From positions 529-64,528 of the forward strand of contig MFBL01000015.1 of assembly GCA_001774945.1 (NCBI GenBank): DNA of 64,000 bases, in the 5' to 3' direction. Within the stretch, counting starts at the first letter, position 1. Each line of letters opens with the position of its first letter. The position numbers were made by a program, and so were the translations under genes. This stretch comes from Candidatus Curtissbacteria bacterium RIFCSPHIGHO2_12_FULL_41_17. GTDB taxonomy: Bacteria > Patescibacteriota > Microgenomatia > Curtissbacterales > GWA2-41-24. The notes below the pieces were generated by a model that saw only the letters and a program-made list of their open reading frames with translations, ran no database searches and had not been told where the DNA came from. This document shows positions 1 through 9,441 of this stretch, piece after piece.

Positions 1-2
1 AA

Positions 3-452
3 AAGGCCAAACAGATCATTGAGAAAATTCTTTATATAACTCTTGCTACCATTTCCAAAGACGGTCAGCCTTGGAATTCACCCGTCTACTGCGCTTTTGA
101 TGAAAACTATAATTTCTACTGGATTTCTTGGAGAGAAAACCAACATTCTAAAAACATAAGAGATAACAATCGGGTATTTATAGTAATTTATGACAGCACT
201 GTTTCCGAAGGCCAAGGACAAGGCGTCTACATACAAGCCAAGGCGTACGAACTAAATGACGAGAAAAACATTAACAATGCCCTTAAATATCTTGACGGGA
301 GGATTGGTAAACAAGACCGACACAAAGCTTCTCAATTTCAAGGTAATATGCCAAGGAGGATTTACAAAGCAGTCCCAGAAAAAGCATGGGTAAACGTGGA
401 CAGCAGAATAAATGGTGAATTTGTAGATAAAAGAGTCGAGATAAAATTATGA
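3..452 (+). CDS. Pyridoxamine 5'-phosphate oxidase-like FMN-binding protein (5' truncated by window edge)
   Basis: Not in ORF track; frame 3 reads KAKQIIEKILYITLATISKDGQPWNSPVY...VEIKL*; LAT..DGQP..SPV motif typical of the family. Confidence 0.8.
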   Translation, partial: KAKQIIEKILYITLATISKDGQPWNSPVYCAFDENYNFYWISWRENQHSKNIRDNNRVFIVIYDSTVSEGQGQGVYIQAKAYELNDEKNINNALKYLDGRIGKQDRHKASQFQGNMPRRIYKAVPEKAWVNVDSRINGEFVDKRVEIKL

Positions 453-493
453 AGGTAATTCTTTATATGGCAATTTGCGCAAATGCTCTTACT
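449..493 (+). pseudogene. N-terminal fragment of a dihydrofolate-reductase/RibD-C-like gene
   Basis: ATGA overlap with upstream stop; MKVILYMAICAN resembles DHFR-family start MKVILYMAxSxNG, then similarity is lost. Confidence 0.45.
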
Positions 494-525
494 TCTTTAA
501 TTTTGTTTTTCCTAAAAAGTTCTTT

Positions 526-720
526 TCAGCAGGGAGAGCAGAGCCTAAAAATGGTGGTTAGAAGGCTGATGGCAACGGCCAGGACAAGCAGTAAAAGAGA
601 TACTAAAATGGCCATTTTAAGGCCAAATTTTCTTTTTACAAACAGAAACCCTTTAACTATGCCAAATGCGATTAAGGCAATTGCCGCAAAACCGATGATG
701 GTATAGAGTGAATCTTCCAT
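526..720 (-). CDS. Small membrane protein (2 hydrophobic segments)
   Basis: ORF track 64 aa, hydrophobic; TAAGGAG upstream within the repeat element. Confidence 0.5.
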   Translation of the reverse strand: MEDSLYTIIGFAAIALIAFGIVKGFLFVKRKFGLKMAILVSLLLLVLAVAISLLTTIFRLCSPC

Positions 721-862
721 AAACTTCCGAGGACTAAGAGTCCTCGGTATTCTCCTTAAAGTTTACATGAGCGAGCAGATACCTTAGTCCTCGCAAGTAT
801 GTATTCGCTTTCGCATTCATCCGTCGAGTCAGACTCGACGGTGTTCTGCGAGCGAATATAAA
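719..862 (-). mobile_element. ~145 bp structured non-coding element, copy 1 (TTTAT-bounded)
   Basis: Reverse complement closely matches 11535-11680; hairpins CCGTCGAGTC-W-GACTCGACGG and CCGAGGACT-CTT-AGTCCTCGG. Confidence 0.75.
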
Positions 863-864
863 AT

Positions 865-2703
865 TTAAGAAGAAGTGCGTCTGCCGGAGTATGAACCTTG
901 ACAGTTAAGGCTGAAACTTTGTCCTTCAACCGCACCCCCCCCACTGACCGTGATATTGCCTTTGACTTGTGCTTGGCCGCCCGATTGGTAAAAAGCATAA
1001 CTTTGAACAGCTTGGACACTAATGCCGCTGGCATTAACGTTTATGACCATTCGAGCTTGCCCCGAAGAATCAATTGGATAGCTGCCTCCTTGGGCATCAA
1101 ACACCCGATTCCCCTTGACAGTGAAATTGGTTGCCGACGGCAACAGTCCCGATGAGTAGATACCCGGGATGTTACAGCCCACATTGGCATTAACACTGTA
1201 GGTTCCGTCCCATGTTGCTTGCGGCTTCTGAGTCGGTTGGACCTGAGAAGTCGGCTTGGGGCCTGATCCATCAGAAGGCTCAGGTTCTTTTTGGACAATT
1301 CTTGGAACTAATCCCCGCTCGGGGCAGCCGGGATTGCCGCCCATGTACCTGCCGCCGGAATAGGTTAGCATATCCCAGCAGGCGCCATTTTGGTATTTGC
1401 AGGTCCTGCCATCTTCCGTTGTCGGCAGTCTTTCTTTGACTCCGCCCGTTCCCCCGACAATCCCGCCTTTGCTAGTACATTCGTTGAAAAATGCTTGAAC
1501 GGCTGGCGGGTATTGCGGTTGATTCTTATCACCTTGAGTAATACCAACTCCTCCCATCGAGTAGCCGGAAGCGTCAATTAGCGGTTCTGCATCTTTCCAG
1601 GCATTGTCCCAACTTGTGCCTGCGTCTTTTTCTCCTACCACGTATCCAAGCGCGGACATGTAGACCCCCTGGGCCATTTTTTTGACATCGCCAGCGCAGA
1701 CGGTTTTTGAAATACAGGGGTTACGTCTTTTTAGAGTACCTACCGGAATTTTGCGCCCAAGGGCGTAAACGGGACTTATTTCAAGCGAGAGGAAAGAAGG
1801 ATTTGTTGACTGATCAATACCATCAATCCAGTAGCTTTGTACTTGCAGCTTGGCGGCGATATAGCGCATTGCTTGTTTATCTGTACGGGAAATAGCGTCA
1901 TCGCCGTAGTCTTTTAGGCTGGCGATTTGCTCAACGCTGGATTTAAGCAGGCCCTGTGCTTGGGGATTCGTCAACTTTAAAGTGAAGGGACCCGGATCTT
2001 GTCCTAAAGTGTCCCAGTTTTTTTGGTCTTTTGAGAATGTGACCATGGCGTCTGCCCAATCATTGGCGGCCAGTTGATAATCACTAAGCCTTGATGGACT
2101 ATTAAGGGCTGTTAATCTTTCGGAAACGGTTTGGGCATTTTCGCCAACTTTTTGGAGTGAATAAGGCGCAGATTTACCGGCGGCTATTGCATCACCAACT
2201 GATTTGTTGACAAACAGTTCGGTTAAGTTATCCTGGATAAGGTCAAGATTTGGTTTTATCTGTTTGTATTTAAAGTCGCTAATTTTCATGCCGAAAACAA
2301 CTATTAAAATAAGCAAAATCGCCAAAAAACCGATTGCATATTTGGGTTTCTTAACAAAAAAGCTAAAAATTTTGCCAAAGATATTGCCAGTTCCCCCTAA
2401 GGATTTAAAAAATACACGGGCTAGTTCATATAAAAGAAAAAGCCAGAGAATCCCGGCCCCAACGCCGAAAATTATGGCTATACTTTTATTTGATGGATCG
2501 GAACTTTCTGCCGCAAATGCACTCAAGAGGGAAAAAATAATTATTAAGATTATGTAGCTGGCAATTTTTCTGCCCCTCGAAGGCGGTTTTTTCTCTGTTT
2601 TTGGAGCCTCGCTAACTTTCGAGTCGAGATCAGCTACTTCTCCGCAGTAGGTGCAGAACTTAGCTTTTTCTGGTATTTTCTTTCCGCAGCTTGCGCAGTA
2701 CAT
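865..2703 (-). CDS. Zinc-ribbon N-terminal, membrane-anchored protein with large Cys-containing extracytoplasmic region
   Basis: MYCASCG...FCTYCG zinc ribbon, about 3 TM segments, Pro/Gln linker, beta-rich C-terminal domain. Confidence 0.8.
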   Translation of the reverse strand: MYCASCGKKIPEKAKFCTYCGEVADLDSKVSEAPKTEKKPPSRGRKIASYIILIIIFSLLSAFAAESSDPSNKSIAIIFGVGAGILWLFLLYELARVFFKSLGGTGNIFGKIFSFFVKKPKYAIGFLAILLILIVVFGMKISDFKYKQIKPNLDLIQDNLTELFVNKSVGDAIAAGKSAPYSLQKVGENAQTVSERLTALNSPSRLSDYQLAANDWADAMVTFSKDQKNWDTLGQDPGPFTLKLTNPQAQGLLKSSVEQIASLKDYGDDAISRTDKQAMRYIAAKLQVQSYWIDGIDQSTNPSFLSLEISPVYALGRKIPVGTLKRRNPCISKTVCAGDVKKMAQGVYMSALGYVVGEKDAGTSWDNAWKDAEPLIDASGYSMGGVGITQGDKNQPQYPPAVQAFFNECTSKGGIVGGTGGVKERLPTTEDGRTCKYQNGACWDMLTYSGGRYMGGNPGCPERGLVPRIVQKEPEPSDGSGPKPTSQVQPTQKPQATWDGTYSVNANVGCNIPGIYSSGLLPSATNFTVKGNRVFDAQGGSYPIDSSGQARMVINVNASGISVQAVQSYAFYQSGGQAQVKGNITVSGGGAVEGQSFSLNCQGSYSGRRTSS

Positions 2704-2778
2704 TTACTTAGTAATCTGATTCTAACACTACAAACAAAATTATTACACTTTTGATTTAGTAGCGTTACTTGCGCTTGG

Positions 2779-2807
2779 TTGACTGCCCGTAGTAATTTTG
2801 TTAGAAT
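2779..2807 (+). promoter_or_regulatory. Sigma70-type promoter for nusA
   Basis: TTGACT-17 bp-TAGAAT. Confidence 0.6.
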
Positions 2808-2844
2808 TCGCATAGATTTTTTAGCTCTAGTATCTAAATTGAGG

Positions 2845-2868
2845 AGGGGCGCCAAGTGCGCCTTTTTT
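2845..2868 (+). terminator. Intrinsic terminator/attenuator in nusA leader
   Basis: GGCGC-CAAGT-GCGCC followed by T6, between promoter and nusA. Confidence 0.55.
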
Positions 2869-2946
2869 AATAATAGTTCTGGGTTCATAGATCATAAACT
2901 ATGAACTGTGAACTCAAAACTAAGAACTAAATTCCAGAGGAATTTC

Positions 2947-4266
2947 ATGGCAATACAGGCAAGAACAGAATTTGCGTCAGCTTTAAATCAGGTTTGCTCC
3001 GAACGGGGAGTCGAACCGGAAGTGGTAATTGATTCTATAAAACAGGCGATTTTAGCGGCTTACCGAAAAGATTATGGCGATCCTGAAGGGATCGATGTCG
3101 ATCTTAATTCGGAAACAGGCGAAGTTGCTCTTTCAAAAGGCAAGAAAAAAATCACGCCTTCAGGTTTTGGTAGAATCGCCGCTCAAACTGCCAAGCAGGT
3201 TATTTTGCAAAGAATTAGGGAAGCCGAAAAAAATGCCATCCTTTCCGAATATTCCTCAAAAATTAATACAGTTGTTTCGGGCATTATCCAGCGAATTTCC
3301 GGCCCCATTATTACTGTTAATTTAGGTAAAACAGAAGGAATTATGCCGCCGCAAGAGCAAGCCCACAACGAAAAGTATGTCCTCAATCAAAGGATGAAAT
3401 TTTACGTTGTGGGTATTAAAGAAGGCGCAAGAGGTGAAGAAATAATAGTTTCAAGAAGCGCCCCCGGGCTTTTAGAGGGACTTTTCAGACAAGAAGTTCC
3501 TGAAATTTCAGCAGGTAGCGTCGAAATCAAGGTAGTGGCCAGAGAAGCCGGTTCCAGATCAAAAATCGCCGTTTATTCTTCTCAACTGGGGGTGGATCCG
3601 GTTGGATCTTGCGTTGGGCAAAAAGGGGTTAGAGTACAAGCGGTAATTAACGAACTTTCAGATGAGAAAATTGACGTTATTGCTTACCAGGAAGACCCAG
3701 TTGAATTTATAAAGGCAGCCCTTTCACCGGCGAAAGAATTAAATGTCACAATAAATGAGAAAGAAAAAACAGCCCTTGTCATTGCCCCTGATGATCAACT
3801 TTCACTGGCAATCGGTAAAGAAGGCCAGAATGTCAGGCTGGCCGCAAAGTTAACAGGTTGCAAAATTGATATTCGGGGTAAAAGCGGAACCCCGAAAGAA
3901 GTTGAGGCTAAAGAAAAAGCGGCACAAGAAGAAGCAAAGAAAGCCTTAGGGGTGATCGAAAAAATTGAGGCCAAGGAAGCGAAAACTCAGCCTGAAGACA
4001 AACAGGCCCAAATCCCAGGTCAACAGCCTCAAACTCCCGTTGATGATCAAGCCAAAGCTAAAGGAAGTAAAGTGGAAGACTCAGACGATGAAAAGGTTAC
4101 CAAGCAGGAAACACCTCAGGGCCAGATTAAAGAAGAATCAGTTACTAAGCCGATCAAAAAAAAGGCAACAGCCAGTCAATCTGAGACAGAAAACCCCACT
4201 CCAGAGCAAAAGGTCAATCCGCCCCGCCAGCTAGCGAACCAGACGGCGAAAAAACTACTTAAATGA
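2947..4266 (+). CDS. nusA: Transcription factor NusA with low-complexity C-terminal tail
   Basis: FGRIAAQTAKQVI, AREAGSRSKIAV, SLAIGKEGQNVRLAAKLTG; start moved to ATG 2947. Confidence 0.97.
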   Translation: MAIQARTEFASALNQVCSERGVEPEVVIDSIKQAILAAYRKDYGDPEGIDVDLNSETGEVALSKGKKKITPSGFGRIAAQTAKQVILQRIREAEKNAILSEYSSKINTVVSGIIQRISGPIITVNLGKTEGIMPPQEQAHNEKYVLNQRMKFYVVGIKEGARGEEIIVSRSAPGLLEGLFRQEVPEISAGSVEIKVVAREAGSRSKIAVYSSQLGVDPVGSCVGQKGVRVQAVINELSDEKIDVIAYQEDPVEFIKAALSPAKELNVTINEKEKTALVIAPDDQLSLAIGKEGQNVRLAAKLTGCKIDIRGKSGTPKEVEAKEKAAQEEAKKALGVIEKIEAKEAKTQPEDKQAQIPGQQPQTPVDDQAKAKGSKVEDSDDEKVTKQETPQGQIKEESVTKPIKKKATASQSETENPTPEQKVNPPRQLANQTAKKLLK

Positions 4267-4296
4267 GAGTTTGGCAGCCGTCAAAATTATTAATTT

Positions 4297-5733
4297 ATGG
4301 ACAAGAAGAAACAAGAAAATTTTCGACCGCCTATTGTTACCCTTATGGGTCACGTGGATCATGGAAAAACCACCTTACTTGATGCAATCCGCAAGTCAAA
4401 TGTAGTTGCCAAAGAGCACGGCGGTATTACCCAGCATATCGGGGCATATCAAATAACTTTTAATAGTAACCCCATTACTTTTGTTGATACTCCGGGACAC
4501 GCGGCCTTCGAAAAGATGCGTTCCCGCGGCGCAGAAGTTGCCGACATTGTTGTTTTGACGGTGGCGGCTACAGAAGGAGTAAAACCGCAAACCCAAGAGG
4601 CAATTAAACATATAAAATCAGCAAAAAAACCCACAATTGTCGCACTCACAAAAATAGACCTCCCAAACATAAATTTAGAAAAAGTTAAGAAAGAATTGCA
4701 AAAAGAAAATATTGTTATCGAAGAATTTGGCGGTGACGTACCCTTAGTTAAGGTGGCAGCCCCAAAGGGTAAGGGTATTGAAGAATTATTAGAGGTAATC
4801 CAGTTGGTCTGGCAACTTTCACCTGCTGTTTGCGAGCCAAATGCCCCTTTAGAGGCGGTAGTTGTTGAATCATTTTTGGATAAAAACCGAGGTTCAGTTG
4901 TAACAGTAATAGTTAAAAAAGGGACACTTAAAATTGGACAAAAAATAATTGTCGATAGTGAAACAATCACAGTTAAGGCTCTTGTAGATGACAGAAATCA
5001 AAGGCAAATGATTGCCGAGCCGTCAAAGCCGGTTGAAATTTTAGGTTTTAAAAGGATACTTGATGTTGGCAGTGTTGTCAAAGATCGGAATATAGTTAAC
5101 TTATCATCTTTTAAAAAGCCAGCAACTCTTTCAGAAATAATTGCCAAATCGCAGCAAGCTAAAGATAAATTTAAAGTAGTAATTAAAGCGGATGTTGCTG
5201 GAAGTCTGGAGGCTATTGAAGCGAATTTACCCCAAAAGGTTCTCGTTGTATTATCCGGCGTCGGAGAGGTTTCACCGGCCGATGTTTCATTTTCTAAGGC
5301 AGCCAGCGCACCGATATTGGCGTTTAATGTCAAGACATCACCTTCTGTAAAAAATCATGCCGAAAGGGAAGGTGTAGTTATTAAAGAATATAAAGTTATT
5401 TATGATCTTATTGCCGACCTGAAAGAAGTTGTTGCCAATTTTGAAGAGGCTAAGCATGAATCTAAAATTGCCGGTCGCGCAAAAGTTGTCGCAATTTTTG
5501 AAATTGAAGGCAAAAAAATAGCTGGTGCAGTCGTAACAGATGGGAAAATAAAAATTGGAGAGAAAATTATTATTAATCATAAAAACAACCGAAGAAGCGA
5601 CAATATACAGGTCTTGTCACTGAAGAGATTTAAAAAGGATGTTAACGTAGTAAGTAAAGGGCAAGAATTTGGCATAGGATTTGTTCAAAGTGTTGACTTT
5701 GAAGAAGGAGATATAATAGAATCTTTGGGTTAA
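4297..5733 (+). CDS. infB: Translation initiation factor IF-2 (short, no N-terminal domain)
   Basis: [35 protein letters not shown]. Confidence 0.97.
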   Translation: MDKKKQENFRPPIVTLMGHVDHGKTTLLDAIRKSNVVAKEHGGITQHIGAYQITFNSNPITFVDTPGHAAFEKMRSRGAEVADIVVLTVAATEGVKPQTQEAIKHIKSAKKPTIVALTKIDLPNINLEKVKKELQKENIVIEEFGGDVPLVKVAAPKGKGIEELLEVIQLVWQLSPAVCEPNAPLEAVVVESFLDKNRGSVVTVIVKKGTLKIGQKIIVDSETITVKALVDDRNQRQMIAEPSKPVEILGFKRILDVGSVVKDRNIVNLSSFKKPATLSEIIAKSQQAKDKFKVVIKADVAGSLEAIEANLPQKVLVVLSGVGEVSPADVSFSKAASAPILAFNVKTSPSVKNHAEREGVVIKEYKVIYDLIADLKEVVANFEEAKHESKIAGRAKVVAIFEIEGKKIAGAVVTDGKIKIGEKIIINHKNNRRSDNIQVLSLKRFKKDVNVVSKGQEFGIGFVQSVDFEEGDIIESLG

Positions 5734-5814
5734 AAATTTATTCACCCCCGTCAAAATGACTTAGAGTCAGTTGATTTTCGAAAACTAAGGTTACTCGGGG
5801 TTCTGTAAATTAAA

Positions 5815-6738
5815 ATGGATCCAATTTCTAAAGAGAAAACTCTAGAGAGATTAACCAAGGCCCAGAGTGTTTCTATAATTATTTCAGACAATTCTGGGTT
5901 TGACGGACTAGCCTCAGGTTTAGGCTTATATCTTTCACTGACCAAAATTGGTAAAAATATCTCTGTTTATGCCAAACATCCAACTGTTAGTGATGCTTCA
6001 AAACTTTACGCAGTAGACAAAATCGGCAGATCTGGCGAGGGAAAAAATTTAGTTATCAATATCGATAATGCAGTTAACACAGTTGATAAAGTTACTTATT
6101 TTTTAAATCACGATAAATTAAAAATAGTTATTCATCCACTGACCGGGACAAACGGGGCTTCAACTGAACAAATTTCATTTGAGCATGCACCTTCAAAATC
6201 GGATTTACGTTTTGTCATCGGGTTCAAAACGGCAGAAGAATTGAATAAAGAATTTGTTCATGAGCAAACTTTTAGTTCAGATTCATGGACAGTCAGCATT
6301 TCATTAGAAGAAATGAATCAAAAATTTGCTCATGCAAGCGTTGGCAACCCTCAAGCGACTAGTTTAAGCGAGTTAACAGCAAACCTCTTAAGAGATTTAG
6401 CCTTGCCTCTCGATGAGGATACAGCCTACAATTTATATACCGGTATCGCTCATTCTACCAATAATTTTGATGTTGCCAAATCAACACCGGCGACCCTCGA
6501 AATTGCCTCTTGGCTAATCAAATTTGGAGCAGGTAGAGCCAGTTTTGCGCAAAAATCACAACCCGCATACGAAACACCACTCTCTTCTCCCGTTGGCTCA
6601 TTTCCAGCAACCTCCGACAGCTTTAAGCAGGTAGACGAGGTTTCTATCGATCAGGTCGAATTTGAAAAATCTCAAAAAGAGTGGCTTAAACCGCCAAAAA
6701 TTTACAAGGGCTCTAAATCTTTTGACACTGAGCATTAG
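5815..6738 (+). CDS. Degenerate DHH/NrnA-like phosphoesterase-fold protein
   Basis: DGLASGLGLYLSL..GK and ATSLSEL...AYNLYTGI..STNNF motifs; DHH motif itself not evident. Confidence 0.65.
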   Translation: MDPISKEKTLERLTKAQSVSIIISDNSGFDGLASGLGLYLSLTKIGKNISVYAKHPTVSDASKLYAVDKIGRSGEGKNLVINIDNAVNTVDKVTYFLNHDKLKIVIHPLTGTNGASTEQISFEHAPSKSDLRFVIGFKTAEELNKEFVHEQTFSSDSWTVSISLEEMNQKFAHASVGNPQATSLSELTANLLRDLALPLDEDTAYNLYTGIAHSTNNFDVAKSTPATLEIASWLIKFGAGRASFAQKSQPAYETPLSSPVGSFPATSDSFKQVDEVSIDQVEFEKSQKEWLKPPKIYKGSKSFDTEH

Positions 6739-6750
6739 ATTAGATATACT
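6722..6750 (+). promoter_or_regulatory. Sigma70 promoter for rpsO (near-leaderless transcript)
   Basis: TTGACA-17 bp-TATACT ending 9 nt before ATG 6760. Confidence 0.7.
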
Positions 6751-6759
6751 GATTTTCTC

Positions 6760-7023
6760 ATGAGCGATACATCAAAAAAGCAAGTAATAGATAAATTTAA
6801 AACGCACGAGGGCGATACAGGATCTCCGGAAGTCCAGATTGCCTTACTTTCCCAAAGAATCGAGAAGGTTAAGGATCATTTAAAATCACACGGACATGAT
6901 AATCATTCACGAAGGGGTTTGCTTTCTATGATAAATAAACGTAGAAGACTTCTCCACTATTTAACGAGAAAGGCAGAGGATAGATATAAGGATATTATCG
7001 GTAAGCTTGGCTTACCCCAATAA
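6760..7023 (+). CDS. rpsO: 30S ribosomal protein S15
   Basis: DTGSPEVQIALL, DNHSRRGLL. Confidence 0.98.
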   Translation: MSDTSKKQVIDKFKTHEGDTGSPEVQIALLSQRIEKVKDHLKSHGHDNHSRRGLLSMINKRRRLLHYLTRKAEDRYKDIIGKLGLPQ

Positions 7024-7027
7024 TATC

Positions 7028-7066
7028 CTTGCGGTGCTCGCTCAGTAACACTGAGCTGCGCGCCTA
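7028..7066 (+). repeat. CTTGC-G...C-TA hairpin element (family A)
   Basis: CTTGC GGTGC TC GCTCAGT AAC ACTGAGC TGC GCGCC TA. Confidence 0.75.
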
Positions 7067-7102
7067 AAAGATATTATTGGTAAGTTAGGACTGCCAAAAT
7101 AG
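7067..7102 (+). repeat. Recoded duplicate of rpsO 3' end (KDIIGKLGLPK*)
   Basis: 10/11 aa identical to 6988-7023 (KDIIGKLGLPQ*), 6 synonymous codon changes. Confidence 0.9.
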
Positions 7103-7150
7103 AAATAAGCAGCGCTTGCTATTTATCTATTATTGACTTAAAATATAACA

Positions 7151-7233
7151 GGGAATTGGGTTGTTGGAAGTTGAATAGTTCGAATCAATTTTTTTGATTC
7201 TCACTATCCGATTTCTAACTCCCGTAAATTCTC
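7151..7233 (+). promoter_or_regulatory. Long stem-loop in pnp leader
   Basis: 7163-7179 pairs with 7203-7219 (16/17, 3 G-U) plus inner GAATCAA/TTGATTC. Confidence 0.6.
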
Positions 7234-7245
7234 CAAGAATTTATA

Positions 7246-9432
7246 ATGCAAAAAACAGTCCGTAAAGAAATTGATCTTGCTGGAAAGAAACTCATTTTAG
7301 AAAGCGGCGAACTTGCAACTCAGGCAAATGCCTCCGTTTTAGCAAGCTACGGAGAAACCGTACTTTTAGCTACTGCTGTTTCCAAAAAAGCACCACCTGA
7401 TATGGACTTTTTTCCGCTTGCCGTTGATTATGAGGAGAGGCTATATGCTGGCGGAAAAATATCCACCTCAAGATTTATCAAAAGAGAAGGAAGACCATCC
7501 GAGAAAGCTATTTTAACAGCAAGGTTGATAGACAGGTCTATAAGACCTCTTTTCCCAAAAGACTACCAAGCCGAGGTTCAGGTTGTAATAACCGTATTAT
7601 CATTCGATCAGGAAAACGATCCCGATATTGTTGCCCTAATTGCCGCTTCCTGTGCCCTTTCACTTTCCGACATTCCCTGGAACGGTCCGATATCTGGTCT
7701 TAGAATAGGCAGACAAAACGGAGGTTATATTTTAAACCCGACAGATGCTGAAAAAGATTTTTCCAGTCTTGATCTGATTTTGGCATCCAATAAAGAAGAA
7801 GTGGTAATGATTGAAGCCGGGGCAAATGAAGTCGATGAAGAGTCTGTTATTGGAGCAATTAAGTTTGGAATTGATCATGGAAAAAACGTTATTAAACTGA
7901 TTGAAGATTTAACCAAAGAAGCCGGGAGAGAAAAACAGAAATACGAAAGAGTAAGTCTTGGAGAAAATAAGGATAAAATAATTAGGGAATTTATCGCAAA
8001 AAACATTATTAGTGGTCTTGAAAAACCGGAAGTTTCTCAAGACGAAAATTGGTTTAGCTATCAATTAACAAAACTTGAAGAAGAATTTATCAAAGAAGAA
8101 GAGAAACAAATTACTTCAAAATGGCTAGCAGGCATTTTAGACGAGGCAGTTTCCGACTTCTTAAGGAAACGCATCTTGCAAGACAAAAAACGAATTGATG
8201 GCAGATCTCCGGACGATATCAGGCCAATAACCGCAAGAGTCGGTATTCTGCCAAGAACTCATGGATCCGGGCTTTTCCAAAGAGGTGATACTCAAGTCTT
8301 ATCGATTGTTACCTTAGCATCTCCCGCCTTGGAACAACTGATTGAAGGGATGACCGGCGAGGGGACCAAGAAGTATATGCATCATTACAATTTTCCGCCG
8401 TTTTCAACCGGCGAAGTAAGACGTCTTGGCCCGCCGGGAAGAAGAGAGATTGGCCACGGAGCTTTAGCGGAAAGGGCTCTCTTACCCGTTTTGCCTTCAC
8501 AAGAAGACTTTCCATACACACTGCGGGTAGTTTCAGAAGTCTTATCTTCTGCAGGTTCAACATCAATGGCTTCCGCTTGTGGTTCTACTTTGGCGTTAAT
8601 GGATGCTGGTGTTCCCATAAAAGAACCGGTGGCAGGAATTTCAATCGGCTTAATTTGCGACAAGAAAGACAGGTCAAAATATGTAACATTGGTAGACATA
8701 GCTTACCAGGAAGATTCCCAGGGAGATATGGATTTTAAAGTAGCCGGCACCAAAAACGGCATTACCGCTATTCAAATGGATATTAAGTTGGATGGAATTC
8801 CAACCAGTATTGCAAAAGAAGCGCTAATGAAGGCTAAAAAAGCAAGACTTTCTATTCTTGAAACTATCATAAAAACGATCCCTGCCGCTAGAGAAAAAAT
8901 TTCACCTCATGCTCCCACTGTTATTTTAATAAAGATAGACCCTGCAAAAATTGGCGCTGTTATTGGTTCCGGTGGGCGAACAATTAATAAAATCATCGCC
9001 GAGACGGGTGCGGCTATAGATATTGACGACCAGGGTATTGTAACGGTAAGCGGGAAAGACGTCCAAGCATGTCAGACTGCAGCCAAAATTATTGAAGGAA
9101 TTGTAAAAGAAGCCGAGGTCGGTGAAATTTATGAGGGTGCAGTCAAAAGAATTCTTCCATTTGGCGCCATGGTCGAAATATTGCCCGGCAAAGAAGGTCT
9201 AGTTCACATTTCCCAAATTGCCAACTATCGAGTTGCCAAAGTCGAAGACGAGTTGAAGATAGGACAAAAGGTAAAAGTTAGGGTAGCGGAAATTGATGAT
9301 CAGGGTAGGGTAAATCTCTCCATGAAGTTTCAAGACGAGAGGCAGGGTTTAGGAACCAAAAGCGATGATTTTCCCAAAAGGAATTTTAGAAAAAAATTCG
9401 ACTATGGACCAGGCAGAAAACATAAAAAGTAA
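7246..9432 (+). CDS. pnp: Polynucleotide phosphorylase
   Basis: RLIDRSIRPLFP, RTHGSGLFQRG, GDMDFKVAGT, KH and S1 domains. Confidence 0.98.
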   Translation: MQKTVRKEIDLAGKKLILESGELATQANASVLASYGETVLLATAVSKKAPPDMDFFPLAVDYEERLYAGGKISTSRFIKREGRPSEKAILTARLIDRSIRPLFPKDYQAEVQVVITVLSFDQENDPDIVALIAASCALSLSDIPWNGPISGLRIGRQNGGYILNPTDAEKDFSSLDLILASNKEEVVMIEAGANEVDEESVIGAIKFGIDHGKNVIKLIEDLTKEAGREKQKYERVSLGENKDKIIREFIAKNIISGLEKPEVSQDENWFSYQLTKLEEEFIKEEEKQITSKWLAGILDEAVSDFLRKRILQDKKRIDGRSPDDIRPITARVGILPRTHGSGLFQRGDTQVLSIVTLASPALEQLIEGMTGEGTKKYMHHYNFPPFSTGEVRRLGPPGRREIGHGALAERALLPVLPSQEDFPYTLRVVSEVLSSAGSTSMASACGSTLALMDAGVPIKEPVAGISIGLICDKKDRSKYVTLVDIAYQEDSQGDMDFKVAGTKNGITAIQMDIKLDGIPTSIAKEALMKAKKARLSILETIIKTIPAAREKISPHAPTVILIKIDPAKIGAVIGSGGRTINKIIAETGAAIDIDDQGIVTVSGKDVQACQTAAKIIEGIVKEAEVGEIYEGAVKRILPFGAMVEILPGKEGLVHISQIANYRVAKVEDELKIGQKVKVRVAEIDDQGRVNLSMKFQDERQGLGTKSDDFPKRNFRKKFDYGPGRKHKK

Positions 9433-9441
9433 GAAATTCAA

